DNA of 64,000 nt from Candidatus Poribacteria bacterium. Lineage in GTDB: Bacteria; Poribacteria; WGA-4E; WGA-3G. Of this stretch, positions 36,026 through 45,611 are shown in pieces. The notes under the pieces were generated by a model. The model had not been told where the DNA came from. It did no database searches and saw only the letters and a program-made list of their open reading frames with translations. The stretch spans positions 1,280,001 through 1,344,000 of the forward strand of contig CAXXLX010000001.1 of the NCBI GenBank assembly GCA_963665235.2, read 5' to 3'. Both the position numbers and the translations under genes were made by a program. Within the stretch, counting starts at the first letter, position 1; every line of letters begins with the position of its first letter.

Positions 36026-37561
36026 ATGCGCAAAATTTTGCTTTTTTACTTAGTCGCGTTCTTTTTAGCAGTCATGACAGAATATTCACCGAGTTTTGCT
36101 TTGCCCGCGTTCTATAAAATGTTTCGCACCAAATACAAGTGGGCAAGTGGATGCAATGTCTGCCACTCTTCAAAGACAGGTGGGGATTCTCCTAATTTAT
36201 ACGGCAGGGCATTCTTACACAACGGTATGAATTTCACAACGTTCACAAAGATTGAAAAGACAGATTCGGATAAAGATGGATTTAGCAATATTGCGGAGAT
36301 TCTCGCGCGTTCCTATCCGGGGGATGCTGCGAGTACACCGGAGAACGTCAAACCTACAGCCGATGCCGCCGGTGCGGACAATGGGTTGACTTCCGATTCG
36401 GAGGACATCTTCAGTTTCGATGACGTAGATGGAACAGAGGGGACAGAGGGTTCTGGATTTCTTGGAGATGCGTTCGGTAACCTTGTTTTTGGTGGGGCAT
36501 TGGATATCCGCCGCATTACGCGTGGACAGGATTTGATGCCTGATAGAGAAGACAATTGGGATACAGGGACCACGCTTATCCACGTCGCTGAATTTGTAGT
36601 GACAACGAGTGTCGGTGACCATATCAGTCTGTTGGGAGAACAGCTGCTGACAACCTCGCCCTTGGGGACGCAGGTTGCTGATGACCATGGGTTTGTATAT
36701 GCAATTTTGAGTAGCTTGCCAGTTTTACCAGCGGGTGCGTCTCTGAAAATTGGGCGATTTCGCCACGGTTTTGGTATTGACACAAAGTCGGATGCAGCCA
36801 CAAATCCGCTGTATAATTTGGTCCGGAAAAACATCGGTTTCATTTCCGACCGTGGCTTTCAACTCAACGGTTACGTTGGGCCCGTCTCCTACACCGTATC
36901 GCTTGCGGATGGGCCGGACTCACTTCGCACGGTTACGTCGGGAACTGTAGCATCCGGTATTCGCATCGGTCCGCACGGTAGTGGGGGTGGTGTTTTGAAA
37001 CCGCTCAGAAATAACAGTCCGCCTCTATTTCTCCATGTTAACGGTGACCTTCCGCTTTTGGGGAAGCGGATTTGGCTCGGTGTATCCTATTTTGATGGTA
37101 ACAGCTATCCGTTTAATCCACTGACAGGGGATGTTAATCCGTCGACGTTGGTTTACAAACGACGTGTCGGTTTGTCGACACATTTCAGGTTATGGCGGTT
37201 CGCGTTTGCTGGCGAGTGGGTTCGTGGAAGAGATACGCATCTTTTGAAATATCTACAAATTCCGCTCACAACAGAGGAACGTGGCGCGTCTGTGGAGGGT
37301 TATTACATGCATGCAGAAATACCGCTGTCGGAGTCCTTGGATTTTCGGTTAAAATATGATGTGTGGAATCCAAATACGGACCTGTATAAACGTTATGCTT
37401 TTCGCCGGGAATCTGAAGATGCGGTTTGGTCGACGCTCGGTGGTGCATTGACGTGGCATTTCACAGAGGGGGGGTTGGCTCGGCTTGCTTACCAGATAAA
37501 TAACGTTGAAAAACCGACGCGCAGTGGAGGCATAGTTCCGCAGCTTTTGGTAGAATTTTGA
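36026..37561 (+). CDS. Monoheme cytochrome c fused to outer-membrane beta-barrel (Cyc2-like architecture)
   Basis: AAGGAG RBS; signal peptide; ALPAF..CNVCH..NLYGRAFLHNG; DSDKDG motif; LKIGRF..FG porin pattern; terminal LLVEF. Confidence 0.75.
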   Translation: MRKILLFYLVAFFLAVMTEYSPSFALPAFYKMFRTKYKWASGCNVCHSSKTGGDSPNLYGRAFLHNGMNFTTFTKIEKTDSDKDGFSNIAEILARSYPGDAASTPENVKPTADAAGADNGLTSDSEDIFSFDDVDGTEGTEGSGFLGDAFGNLVFGGALDIRRITRGQDLMPDREDNWDTGTTLIHVAEFVVTTSVGDHISLLGEQLLTTSPLGTQVADDHGFVYAILSSLPVLPAGASLKIGRFRHGFGIDTKSDAATNPLYNLVRKNIGFISDRGFQLNGYVGPVSYTVSLADGPDSLRTVTSGTVASGIRIGPHGSGGGVLKPLRNNSPPLFLHVNGDLPLLGKRIWLGVSYFDGNSYPFNPLTGDVNPSTLVYKRRVGLSTHFRLWRFAFAGEWVRGRDTHLLKYLQIPLTTEERGASVEGYYMHAEIPLSESLDFRLKYDVWNPNTDLYKRYAFRRESEDAVWSTLGGALTWHFTEGGLARLAYQINNVEKPTRSGGIVPQLLVEF

Positions 37562-37586
37562 AATAGCTACGGGAAACTATAGGAAT

Positions 37587-37649
37587 CATCGGCAAGAAGG
37601 GTTCTGGTGATTATGAAACAACTTTATCATCAGAAATCTCTTGCCGATG
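37587..37649. terminator. Long hairpin between convergent genes
   Basis: catcggcaaga..ttctggtgat / atcatcagaa..tcttgccgatg. Confidence 0.6.
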
Positions 37650-37660
37650 GCTGACAACTC

Positions 37661-38665
37661 TTACTGCTGGGCTTGCTCCGCCTCAGTCTTGGCATGGATA
37701 GCGATAAGCACAAAACAGGTGGATTGCAAGTTGGCAGTAGGCTTTTCGAGTTCTATCGGGGTATTGCTGACGAAACTGCCATCTTTTCTCCGGGCTTTTG
37801 TGAGGTAATCGATAGCGACACGACGCGTATTGAGCGTGAGCAGGTCACTTCGAGCAGCAAGTGCCATAATAACACTGGCAGTCACTTCAGGGTCACTTGG
37901 TAAACCTTTGTATACAGGGAATCCACCGTCGGCATTCCGGTGCTGTTTTAACCAAAAAATATCTCTATCAATATCGTAAAATATTGATAATCCTTGAAGT
38001 ACCCAGGCGGTCACAAAAATATTGGAGGGTCCGCCGCGGCGGAGTGACCACCCCGTATCATTTTCGTCATTATCATTGCGGGTGCGGCGTGCTGGTTGGC
38101 CTAACCACTGCGCCCCCCTGGAAGCAGGTTCGAATCTCTGATTGAACCCGAGTTTTTTAAAGCCGGCTAAAACAGCGGCGGTATAGAGGATATTTCCGGG
38201 GCTGCCGCTCTGCTTTCCCCAGCTGCCGTTTGCATTTTGTGCATCCTTCATCCACTGAAGTCCCTTGAGTCGTATTTTGGGGTCGGTTTCGGCAGCTGCT
38301 AGGGCGATAAGGGAGAAGATGGTGTGGGCGGTGTTGTTGTTCCAGCTGCCATCTTGAGTCTGCGTCGACTTCAAATAGGTGACTCCGGCTCGGATAATAC
38401 GGGACCCGGTGCCCCATCCTGCGTCAATTAATGCCCAAATAGCAAATGCGGTGACTTCGGCATCACTTTTCCCTCCGGGTACAAGGGGCCATCCGCCATC
38501 TCGGTTTTGGTGTTTGATAATGTAGGTTTTCGCGCCTTCTATCGTTTGGTAGAGTGCCGGGAGCTCTGATGCATCATCGGCAAAACTTCGGGGCACGTTG
38601 AGACAGAGAAGGGACAACAGCATCTGGCAACATAATAGTATAGATATAGGTTTGTAATATCTCAT
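37661..38665 (-). CDS. Secreted prenyltransferase/squalene-oxidase repeat (alpha/alpha barrel) protein
   Basis: QW-like repeats QNRDGGW, QTQDGSW, QNANGSW, RNADGGF, RRKDGSF; start MRYYKP. Confidence 0.85.
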   Translation of the reverse strand: MRYYKPISILLCCQMLLSLLCLNVPRSFADDASELPALYQTIEGAKTYIIKHQNRDGGWPLVPGGKSDAEVTAFAIWALIDAGWGTGSRIIRAGVTYLKSTQTQDGSWNNNTAHTIFSLIALAAAETDPKIRLKGLQWMKDAQNANGSWGKQSGSPGNILYTAAVLAGFKKLGFNQRFEPASRGAQWLGQPARRTRNDNDENDTGWSLRRGGPSNIFVTAWVLQGLSIFYDIDRDIFWLKQHRNADGGFPVYKGLPSDPEVTASVIMALAARSDLLTLNTRRVAIDYLTKARRKDGSFVSNTPIELEKPTANLQSTCFVLIAIHAKTEAEQAQQ

Positions 38666-38772
38666 TTTTTCACCTGCTAACGGTTGATAATCTAATTTTT
38701 GTCGGTTTTCTTGCCGAATGCGTGAACGGAAACCTTCGGCGTGTGTTTTCAACCCGACGGACAAAATAGAAA

Positions 38773-39897
38773 CTACAACTGTGGTTCAATCACGACTTTG
38801 TAAACGCCTTCCTCGCCGAGCATATCAATACCGGTTTCCAATTGATTTAAGGGTAGGTGGTGCGTTATCAATTCATGCAGCGGGGCCCGTGTCCGCTGGA
38901 GAAAATCCAACGCTGTCTGAAATTGGATTTGCGGATATGCCCACACCCCACAGACATCCAGGTCTTTATTACAAATTTGATGCGGTCTCACCCGGGTTTC
39001 GCCAGAATCGGTGTAGTGTCCAACCTCAATAACCTTGCCTCCGCGGCGGACTACGTCTAACGCTTCGGAGAAGACAATGGGTAAGCCAGCACATTCAAGT
39101 GCGATGTCCACGCCGACACCATCTGTGAGCTCCTGAATCTGTTCGAGCCGCTTTTCCGATGTTGTCTGACCAACATTGATAACTACATCTGCTCCCATCC
39201 GTTTCGCCATGTCTAAACGGCTATCGACGAGGTCGGTGGCGATGATGGTACCCGCGCCGCTATCCCTTAAGACAGCGATGACGAGTAGGCCTATCGGGCC
39301 ACATCCGAGCACGGCAACGCGGCTTCCGATACTGTAGCCGTCACCGACCTGCGGAAGTCCAGGGGCACAAGCGCGTTCAACAGCACGTGTCGCTACCGCT
39401 ACCGGCTCCGTCAACACAGCAATCTCTTCGGGAATGCTCTCCGGTATTTTGTAGACCCAGGAGTTTCCGTGGATATAGGTATACTCGGCGAATTCACCGG
39501 TGAGATAGGGTGGCGTTTCGCTGTTGCTGAACCCGTAAATGGTGCGTCCCGAACACAACGTTGGACGGCCCGGTACATGTAAGCAGTAATAGCATCTGCC
39601 GCAGTTTTTTGAACCCGGCACTACCGTCACACGGTCCCCGGTTTTGATGGGCCCGCCCATCACATTCATAACCTGATTCGCACGGGTGCCGAGCTCCGCG
39701 ACTGTTCCGACAACTTCATGTCCAGGGATGACAGGAAATTTTAGTGCGGTGTGCCCGAGATACATGTGCTTATCGCTTCCACAGATGCCGACTTTGTCAA
39801 CTTGGAGTAGAAGGGAATCTTCTGTGGGTCTCGGTTTCTCAAATTCGCGGAGCTGTATCCGGCCCGGTTGGAGCATGACTGCTGCTTGAACTTGCAT
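38773..39897 (-). CDS. Zinc-dependent alcohol/sugar dehydrogenase (MDR family)
   Basis: GICGSD, GHE, CGRCYYC...C, GCGPIG. Confidence 0.92.
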   Translation of the reverse strand: MQVQAAVMLQPGRIQLREFEKPRPTEDSLLLQVDKVGICGSDKHMYLGHTALKFPVIPGHEVVGTVAELGTRANQVMNVMGGPIKTGDRVTVVPGSKNCGRCYYCLHVPGRPTLCSGRTIYGFSNSETPPYLTGEFAEYTYIHGNSWVYKIPESIPEEIAVLTEPVAVATRAVERACAPGLPQVGDGYSIGSRVAVLGCGPIGLLVIAVLRDSGAGTIIATDLVDSRLDMAKRMGADVVINVGQTTSEKRLEQIQELTDGVGVDIALECAGLPIVFSEALDVVRRGGKVIEVGHYTDSGETRVRPHQICNKDLDVCGVWAYPQIQFQTALDFLQRTRAPLHELITHHLPLNQLETGIDMLGEEGVYKVVIEPQL

Positions 39898-39933
39898 AGT
39901 TGGAATTCCTTGTCCTGTTTTTTTTAGTTTATT

Positions 39934-41091
39934 TCATCGTGACCAGAGGGGAATCAATACTTTTGTTAGCTGCGCTAAACTTTCCAAATTGTGTGCGGGC
40001 AGAAAATAGTCTAGATATGGCAGTGCTGTGCGGATACCCCGACAAATCGGTTGATAATTGTCGCTGCCGAGCAGCGGGTTCAGCCATATTAAGCGGTAGG
40101 CGTGCCGATGCAACATCTCCATAGACCGGCGGAGCACATCTACATCGCCACGGTCCCAACCGTCGCTAATGAGAATGACTACCGTACGATACGCTGAGAA
40201 AGATGGAGCGAACTGTCGATAGAATTCCAGTAGACTTTCGCCAATCTTTGTGCCTCCCGACCAGTCGGGGACGACGTTTGCGACTTCGTTCAAGCCTTCT
40301 GTCAATCCTTTTCGTCGAAGCAAACCTGTAATATTTGTCATGTGTGTGCTGAAGACTGCGACTTCTACCTCTCTCAATGCCTGTTGCATTCCGTAGATAA
40401 ATTGGATGAGGAATTTGGCGTAGCAATCCATGGACCCGCTGACATCACAGAGGAGAAGGATTTTTGTTTTTTTGATTTTGCGTTGTTTGCGCATTAATTC
40501 AAGCGGTTCACCGCCGTGTGTGAGACTTTTTCGCCAGCTTCTTCGAAAATCGATAGCTCTGCCTTTTTTGCTAACAACTTTTCGTCTACTGAGTCTTGTT
40601 GCCAATACCTGCGCCAATTTTGCGATAATGTCCCGCGCCTTGTCCATATCTTCTGCTGTGAACTCGCTGAAATCTTTGCGGGTTAGGAGCTCTTCAGCAC
40701 TGTAGGCGATAGGGTCGTTTTCGTGTCCATTCTCCGCAGCTTCATCCTCAAAATCCACCCATTGGTCAAGTATATCCTCTCCGTCGGCTGCGTCGTAAAG
40801 GTCCTGGAGGCTGGAGGGTTCAGGCGTTTCTCGTTCTGTATCAACGGTTTGGAATTCAGGACGCGGGTATCGCCAAAAGAGGTTGAAGGCGATGTCAAAC
40901 GTCTCCCGGTCTGCTTGATTAGCGATGAGGTTTGTGCGCGCCGTATGGTAAAACGCCTCTCGCTCGCTGATGTCAATTAGTTCAACGCTCTTGCACCAAC
41001 TCAGCTGATTGGTGGTGCTGACGTTAATGCCGTTGTGTCGGAGCAATCGGCAGAAATCAGTGATTTGTTGGAGAAGGGTCTGATCAGTCAT
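39934..41091 (-). CDS. CoxE-like VWA domain protein
   Basis: LLCDVSGSM, WSGGTKIG, ISDGWD, LIWLNPL. Confidence 0.9.
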   Translation of the reverse strand: MTDQTLLQQITDFCRLLRHNGINVSTTNQLSWCKSVELIDISEREAFYHTARTNLIANQADRETFDIAFNLFWRYPRPEFQTVDTERETPEPSSLQDLYDAADGEDILDQWVDFEDEAAENGHENDPIAYSAEELLTRKDFSEFTAEDMDKARDIIAKLAQVLATRLSRRKVVSKKGRAIDFRRSWRKSLTHGGEPLELMRKQRKIKKTKILLLCDVSGSMDCYAKFLIQFIYGMQQALREVEVAVFSTHMTNITGLLRRKGLTEGLNEVANVVPDWSGGTKIGESLLEFYRQFAPSFSAYRTVVILISDGWDRGDVDVLRRSMEMLHRHAYRLIWLNPLLGSDNYQPICRGIRTALPYLDYFLPAHNLESLAQLTKVLIPLWSR

Positions 41092-41135
41092 TTTTCTCGA
41101 TTTCCATAGAGAGTGGTTTAGTATTTGTTTTAGTT

Positions 41136-41408
41136 TTATTTTTTTAAGTCACCATAATGTGCCCTAAAACCCATTCGATATGCGGTCCGGTGTCCTATTC
41201 TCAGTAGGTAAACCGTAGCATTAGGATCCTTCGCGAGGAGACGAGTAACGGCTACCGTGCCGTTGACATCAATTTCACAGCCTTCCGTTTCAATGTCAAT
41301 TGCTAAGAATTTTCCATTGTGGTGTGGTTCGACCTCGTCTCGGAGTTGTTGATATATCATTCTACCCCGAGTCGCGATAGTTCCAGTTGTGTGCTCTGAA
41401 TGTGGCAT
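41136..41408 (-). CDS. Small conserved hypothetical protein (DUF5678-like)
   Basis: GKFLAIDIET..LLRIG pattern; RBS upstream. Confidence 0.55.
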   Translation of the reverse strand: MPHSEHTTGTIATRGRMIYQQLRDEVEPHHNGKFLAIDIETEGCEIDVNGTVAVTRLLAKDPNATVYLLRIGHRTAYRMGFRAHYGDLKK

Positions 41409-41434
41409 TGTGATTCTCCGAAGATTCTAATTGT

Positions 41435-42346
41435 TTAAAACTGGACTGAGCAGGCGTTTTCCTGTTCTTCTAAGTAAAGGATGAAGGCATCCAGTTCTTT
41501 GGAGAAAGTGCTAAACAACTCGCCGATTCGCTTTGCATTTTTCTCCGTTCTTTGGTAAACCAATTCCTGTCCGTATATATTATTGAAAACGTGGCGGAAC
41601 TCCAGCAATTCCTGCAAATATGCGAAAGTCTCTTGAGAAATTACAGGGTGTCGTTCAGGCCGCGCTTCGGACATCTGCGTTACTAGTTCTTTATGCCATC
41701 TACTTCCATCGGGCATCCGTAAATCAACATCGAGAGCGATTCGTTTAAAAATGTTCTCCACCCCCCTATAGTAGTCCACAAGATTTTTGGCGATGGTCGT
41801 TTCTATCTCTTCTCTATATTCAATCGGGGCAGTTTCAATTTTTTCTAATCTCTCTTGTATTTTTTTTAACGTTGCTTCTATCTTGTCGCGCTCGTCAAAA
41901 ATTCGCTGGATAAGTTCGCTTCTGTCCACTTCGTAGATTACCCCTTTTTCGATGGGAATTAGTTGGCTCTGGATTCTCTCGCGAAACAGCCCTTTGCAAT
42001 CTTTAAAATCGACTAAATCAATCTTAAACAGTCCGCTGATGTCGGATGCTACTGATGATGCCCGGAAATACTTGTCGTTGGGGATGCCCCAGACAGCGAT
42101 GTCAATATCGGACCATTTTGAGAACGATTCCCGTTCGGCAAGTGAGCCGAAGACAGCGACCTGGGTCGCGCCGAAGTCGCTGTAGAGGATGGTTGCAATT
42201 CGATGTGCGGTCTGCCATGCGCGTTGCAGCAAGGCTTCATCGACCTTCCTGTTCTGAAAGTGCTCATCGAGTCGCTGGCGATATTCCGCTAATTCTTCTG
42301 GCGATAAATCTTTGGCTGTGCGATGGGTGTCCGTAGATTGATGCAT
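41435..42346 (-). CDS. Fused minimal nucleotidyltransferase (MNT) plus HepT-like HEPN protein
   Basis: VFGSLA..SDIDIAV..IDLV; ENIFKRIA..WHKELV..FRHVFNNIY. Confidence 0.85.
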   Translation of the reverse strand: MHQSTDTHRTAKDLSPEELAEYRQRLDEHFQNRKVDEALLQRAWQTAHRIATILYSDFGATQVAVFGSLAERESFSKWSDIDIAVWGIPNDKYFRASSVASDISGLFKIDLVDFKDCKGLFRERIQSQLIPIEKGVIYEVDRSELIQRIFDERDKIEATLKKIQERLEKIETAPIEYREEIETTIAKNLVDYYRGVENIFKRIALDVDLRMPDGSRWHKELVTQMSEARPERHPVISQETFAYLQELLEFRHVFNNIYGQELVYQRTEKNAKRIGELFSTFSKELDAFILYLEEQENACSVQF

Positions 42347-42362
42347 AGGATTGTCTCATGAA

Positions 42363-43304
42363 TTACTCGTCAGGATTTTTTAGCCACACTATGAACACGT
42401 CGAGTTCGGCAGATAAACTGTCAAACATATTGCAGACCTCTTGTGCGTTTTCAACTATTTTTTCAAGTTCCAATTCAAATACGTATATGTTTCTAAAACG
42501 GTGGCGGAATTTTAAAGGACGCGTTAAAGCGGCGGCTGTTTTTTCGGAAATCACAGATGGACGCACTGGGCGCGACATTGACATCTGCTCTAATAAATCT
42601 GTGTGCCAATTTTTTCCCTGAGATTCGTCCTGGTCAATTTCTTGAGCAATCCGTTTGAAAATGTTCTCTAATCCGGTATAGAAAACAGAGAGGCGTATAG
42701 CAATCAATTCTTTAAGCTCTTCCCGAGCTTCAGCGGATGCCGTTTTCATTCTTTCGAGGCGCGTTTTGATTTCTTCAACAGTTCTCGCTATTTTTTTTCG
42801 TTCATCAGCGATTCGATTGATGAGTTCTTGCTTGTTCATTTTGTCAGTTTCAGCGCGGATTTTTTGACATTCAGAGATTAATCCACTGTAGCCTGTTTCT
42901 CCCTGTTGAATTCGGATAGCTTGACTTTGAATCCGTTCGCGAAATCGGCCTTTCGCGCTGTGAAAGTTGATGAGCTCTATTTTGAACTCTGGACTGAAAT
43001 TTCTGGTTTCCCATAACGCGTCAAGATATGTGTCATCAGAAAGTCCCCAGACAGCAATATCAATATCTGACTCTTTTGAAAACCACCTCTGTCCGGCAAG
43101 CGAGCCGAAGACAGCGACCTGTGTCGCGCTAAAGTCGCTATAGAGCATGGTTGCAATCCGATGTGCGGTCTGCCATGCGCGTTGCAGCAATGCTTCATCC
43201 ACTTTCCGGTTCTGAAAGTGTTGGTCAAGTCGCTGGCGATATTCTGCCAATTCTTCTGGCGATAAATCTTTCGCTGTGCGATGGGTGTCCGTAGATTGAT
43301 GCAT
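42363..43304 (-). CDS. Fused MNT plus HepT-like HEPN protein (paralog)
   Basis: VFGSLA..SDIDIAV; ENIFKRIA..WHTDLL..FRHRFRNIY. Confidence 0.85.
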   Translation of the reverse strand: MHQSTDTHRTAKDLSPEELAEYRQRLDQHFQNRKVDEALLQRAWQTAHRIATMLYSDFSATQVAVFGSLAGQRWFSKESDIDIAVWGLSDDTYLDALWETRNFSPEFKIELINFHSAKGRFRERIQSQAIRIQQGETGYSGLISECQKIRAETDKMNKQELINRIADERKKIARTVEEIKTRLERMKTASAEAREELKELIAIRLSVFYTGLENIFKRIAQEIDQDESQGKNWHTDLLEQMSMSRPVRPSVISEKTAAALTRPLKFRHRFRNIYVFELELEKIVENAQEVCNMFDSLSAELDVFIVWLKNPDE

Positions 43305-43335
43305 CAAAATCTCCATTTAACTGCCATCCAGACTA

Positions 43336-43788
43336 TCATTCGGGACTTGTCGGAAAGGGAAGTTTACTCACAACCCAACTTCCATCCGCTTTTCCGGCTG
43401 CTAAAAAACATTTCTCACCTGCACAGACGCGTGCAAGGACAGGATTCAGTGTTATCTTCAAATCAAACATGCTAATTCCTATGTTACCGCCAATTACGGA
43501 CCAAGAGCCTCCCTCATGGCTATAACTGACGGTGGGCGACTTTAGCACAATCCGCTTAAAACTGGCTTCGCCTTTTTCGGTAACATGAAATATCACATCG
43601 AAATTGTACCCATCCGCACTGGCGGTGTAGTGACAACTTTCGCCCGGCTGCAACTTTAATCCGATAACGGCGGGTTGGGGTGCTTTGCGTGTACCCCGAA
43701 GGATTTTGATTGAGGAACACCCTAGACAGCAAAACAGTGTTAGCAGCAATATCGGAAGGGCGGTGCAAGCGAATTTTTTCCGTATCAT
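43336..43788 (-). CDS. Hypothetical lipoprotein
   Basis: Lipobox CLG-C; AAGGAG upstream. Confidence 0.6.
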   Translation of the reverse strand: MIRKKFACTALPILLLTLFCCLGCSSIKILRGTRKAPQPAVIGLKLQPGESCHYTASADGYNFDVIFHVTEKGEASFKRIVLKSPTVSYSHEGGSWSVIGGNIGISMFDLKITLNPVLARVCAGEKCFLAAGKADGSWVVSKLPFPTSPE

Positions 43789-43899
43789 CAGATTTCTCCT
43801 TAATTGCAGGTTTGCTGTTTGTCCCGATGGCGTATCTCAAAATCTCACTACGTGTAGGATACCATGAAATACGTTTTGAATGCAAGAAAAAAGAGAGGG

Positions 43900-43950
43900 G
43901 GAAGGATGGAAGACAGGAAGGATGGAAGGGTGGAAGGGGGGAAGGATGGA
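43900..43950. repeat. Purine-rich octamer tandem repeat (ggaagNNN x6)
   Basis: ggaaggat ggaagaca ggaaggat ggaagggt ggaagggg ggaaggat. Confidence 0.8.
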
Positions 43951-44179
43951 TTTCGCTTATGTTGTCTGAATGCACGTCGCATTTGGGCGAGTACGCCGCA
44001 AATCGCGGATTGCACGGAGAACGCGGAGAACGCGGAAAGAAGAGGTTTTCGCGCCTGAAACATATCGCCCCGATGAGGCTAGTTTGTTGGCGCGTTACGC
44101 CTTCTTCTATAAATATAACGCCCATACTGGGCTAATACTGAACAACTTGTACAGAAACTGGACACACTCATTTTTTTTC

Positions 44180-44208
44180 TTGACATTCTTTGAGAAAATT
44201 GTGATAAT
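44180..44208 (+). promoter_or_regulatory. Sigma70-type promoter
   Basis: TTGACA-17 nt-GATAAT. Confidence 0.6.
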
Positions 44209-44243
44209 TATACTCAGGAGATTGTGATAATAATTGGGCAAAG

Positions 44244-44813
44244 GTGAGAAAAGAGGGATATGAGGTCCTCTGTCTCATCATCAATTTACCGAAAACCTTC
44301 CACCTTGAACGCATCGGGCCAATTTTGCTCATCTGTTTTTCTTTAGGTATATCAATTATTCTTGCCTACACAGCAACCAGGTGAACTTTGACCGGCTTAG
44401 AGAGCACGCTTTGGCAAATCTTTGTCTTCGCCGGAGGCCTTGCAGGTTCGTTCATTTTCGGTCGCCAATCGGCGCGGGAGGCAGCGAGAGAGGTTCTCAA
44501 ACCGTATGCTCGTGGTGCAGCCCGATATCTTATATCCCTCTATAAGAGTATTATGCGCGCCCGCTCGGCTGCCACAATGCAAACGCCACAAGACCTTGAA
44601 TCTTCTGCCGGGTACCACGTTATTCGCGCTTACCTAATAGCAACTTTCACCGAACAACTGGCTACAGCAGATGATGCCTTAGAAAATTGGCGCGACGTTT
44701 TAGACGAAGAGTTAGAAGATTTGATCGAAAAACTCCGAGAAGATATCACAATACCGGAAGAACTGGAAGGTCTGATCGAAAAATCCCGAGAGGACAACAC
44801 AAACGAGGTATAA
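44244..44813 (+). pseudogene. Membrane protein gene probably interrupted by in-frame TGA at 44382
   Basis: Hydrophobic frame IGPILLICFSLGISIILAYTATR* continues in frame into TLTGLE.. (the 44388 ORF). Confidence 0.5.
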
Positions 44814-44815
44814 AA

Positions 44816-45350
44816 ATGACTGAACCTATTCGCGGAAAAGTCGCACGCGTCCTTAATGGACAAGAAATCGTCCTAAACGCTGGAATTGTAGATGGCGTAA
44901 CTGTTGGCATGGACTTCAATGTAATGGATCCCAACGGTGAAGATATAAGGGATCCCGATACGAATGAATTCTTAGGCTCTATTGAACGGCCGAAAGTTAA
45001 AGTGCGAGTCATCCATACTCAAGAAAAATTAGCCGTGGCAACACCGTCTCCATCAAAAGGAACAGATACTGACGTAATAGCCGACTTGTCTCGACGATAC
45101 CGACTCTTGGTCCAATTGCTCGATCCCTCATGCCGCCTAGTTGGGTAGAAAGGTCTGAGAGACCTCGGAAAACCTCTCAGACTCTCGACGATACCGACTC
45201 GTCCAATTGCTCGATCCCTCATGCCGCCTAGTTGGGTAGAAAGGTCTGAGAGACCTCGGCTTCTTTTTCACCAAAACCTCTCAGACTTCTGACGCACTCA
45301 ATGTGAAAATCGGAGATCCCGTCGTTCAAGTCATCGAAGAAACGGAGTAG
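44816..45350 (+). pseudogene. Frameshifted hypothetical beta-domain protein with internal ~95-bp duplication
   Basis: MTEPIRGKVARVLN..IVLNAG..GVTVG; protein-like PTLGPIARSLMPPSW lies in another frame and KIGDPVVQVIEETE* lies beyond the ORF stop; duplication 45089-45286. Confidence 0.6.
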
Positions 45351-45354
45351 GACT

Positions 45355-45603
45355 ATGCCAAGACTTACTGAACAGGAACAACAAGAAATCATCCGCTTTA
45401 TTGAGGCAGACAAACCGCTGCCTGACAAATACCGCTTTCTGCTGTTTGAGGACAAACGTGAGGTAGAACTTGTCTGGAACGGCAAGACTAACGAGGTCTG
45501 CAACATCGTCCTTCCGTTTCAGACGATTGAGCAGGTGGACGAACCTCGCGCCGAAAAACCCTCCGAAGATAACCGGCAGTTGCCCTACTACAAACGATTA
45601 TGA
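45355..45603 (+). pseudogene. N-terminal fragment of site-specific DNA methyltransferase (type III Mod-like)
   Basis: MPRLTEQEQQEIIRFIEADKPLPDKYRFLLFEDKREVELVWNGK..LPFQTIEQVDEPR resembles Mod N-termini; stops after 82 aa without catalytic motifs. Confidence 0.7.
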
Positions 45604-45611
45604 ATGAAGGT

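Noticed and set aside
43556-44227. Several short ORFs
   Set aside because: Derived from intergenic repeats or overlapping the lipoprotein gene
44382-44384. Selenocysteine or recoded TGA
   Set aside because: No redox motif context or evident SECIS; neighbouring genes are also broken; TGA terminates other genes here
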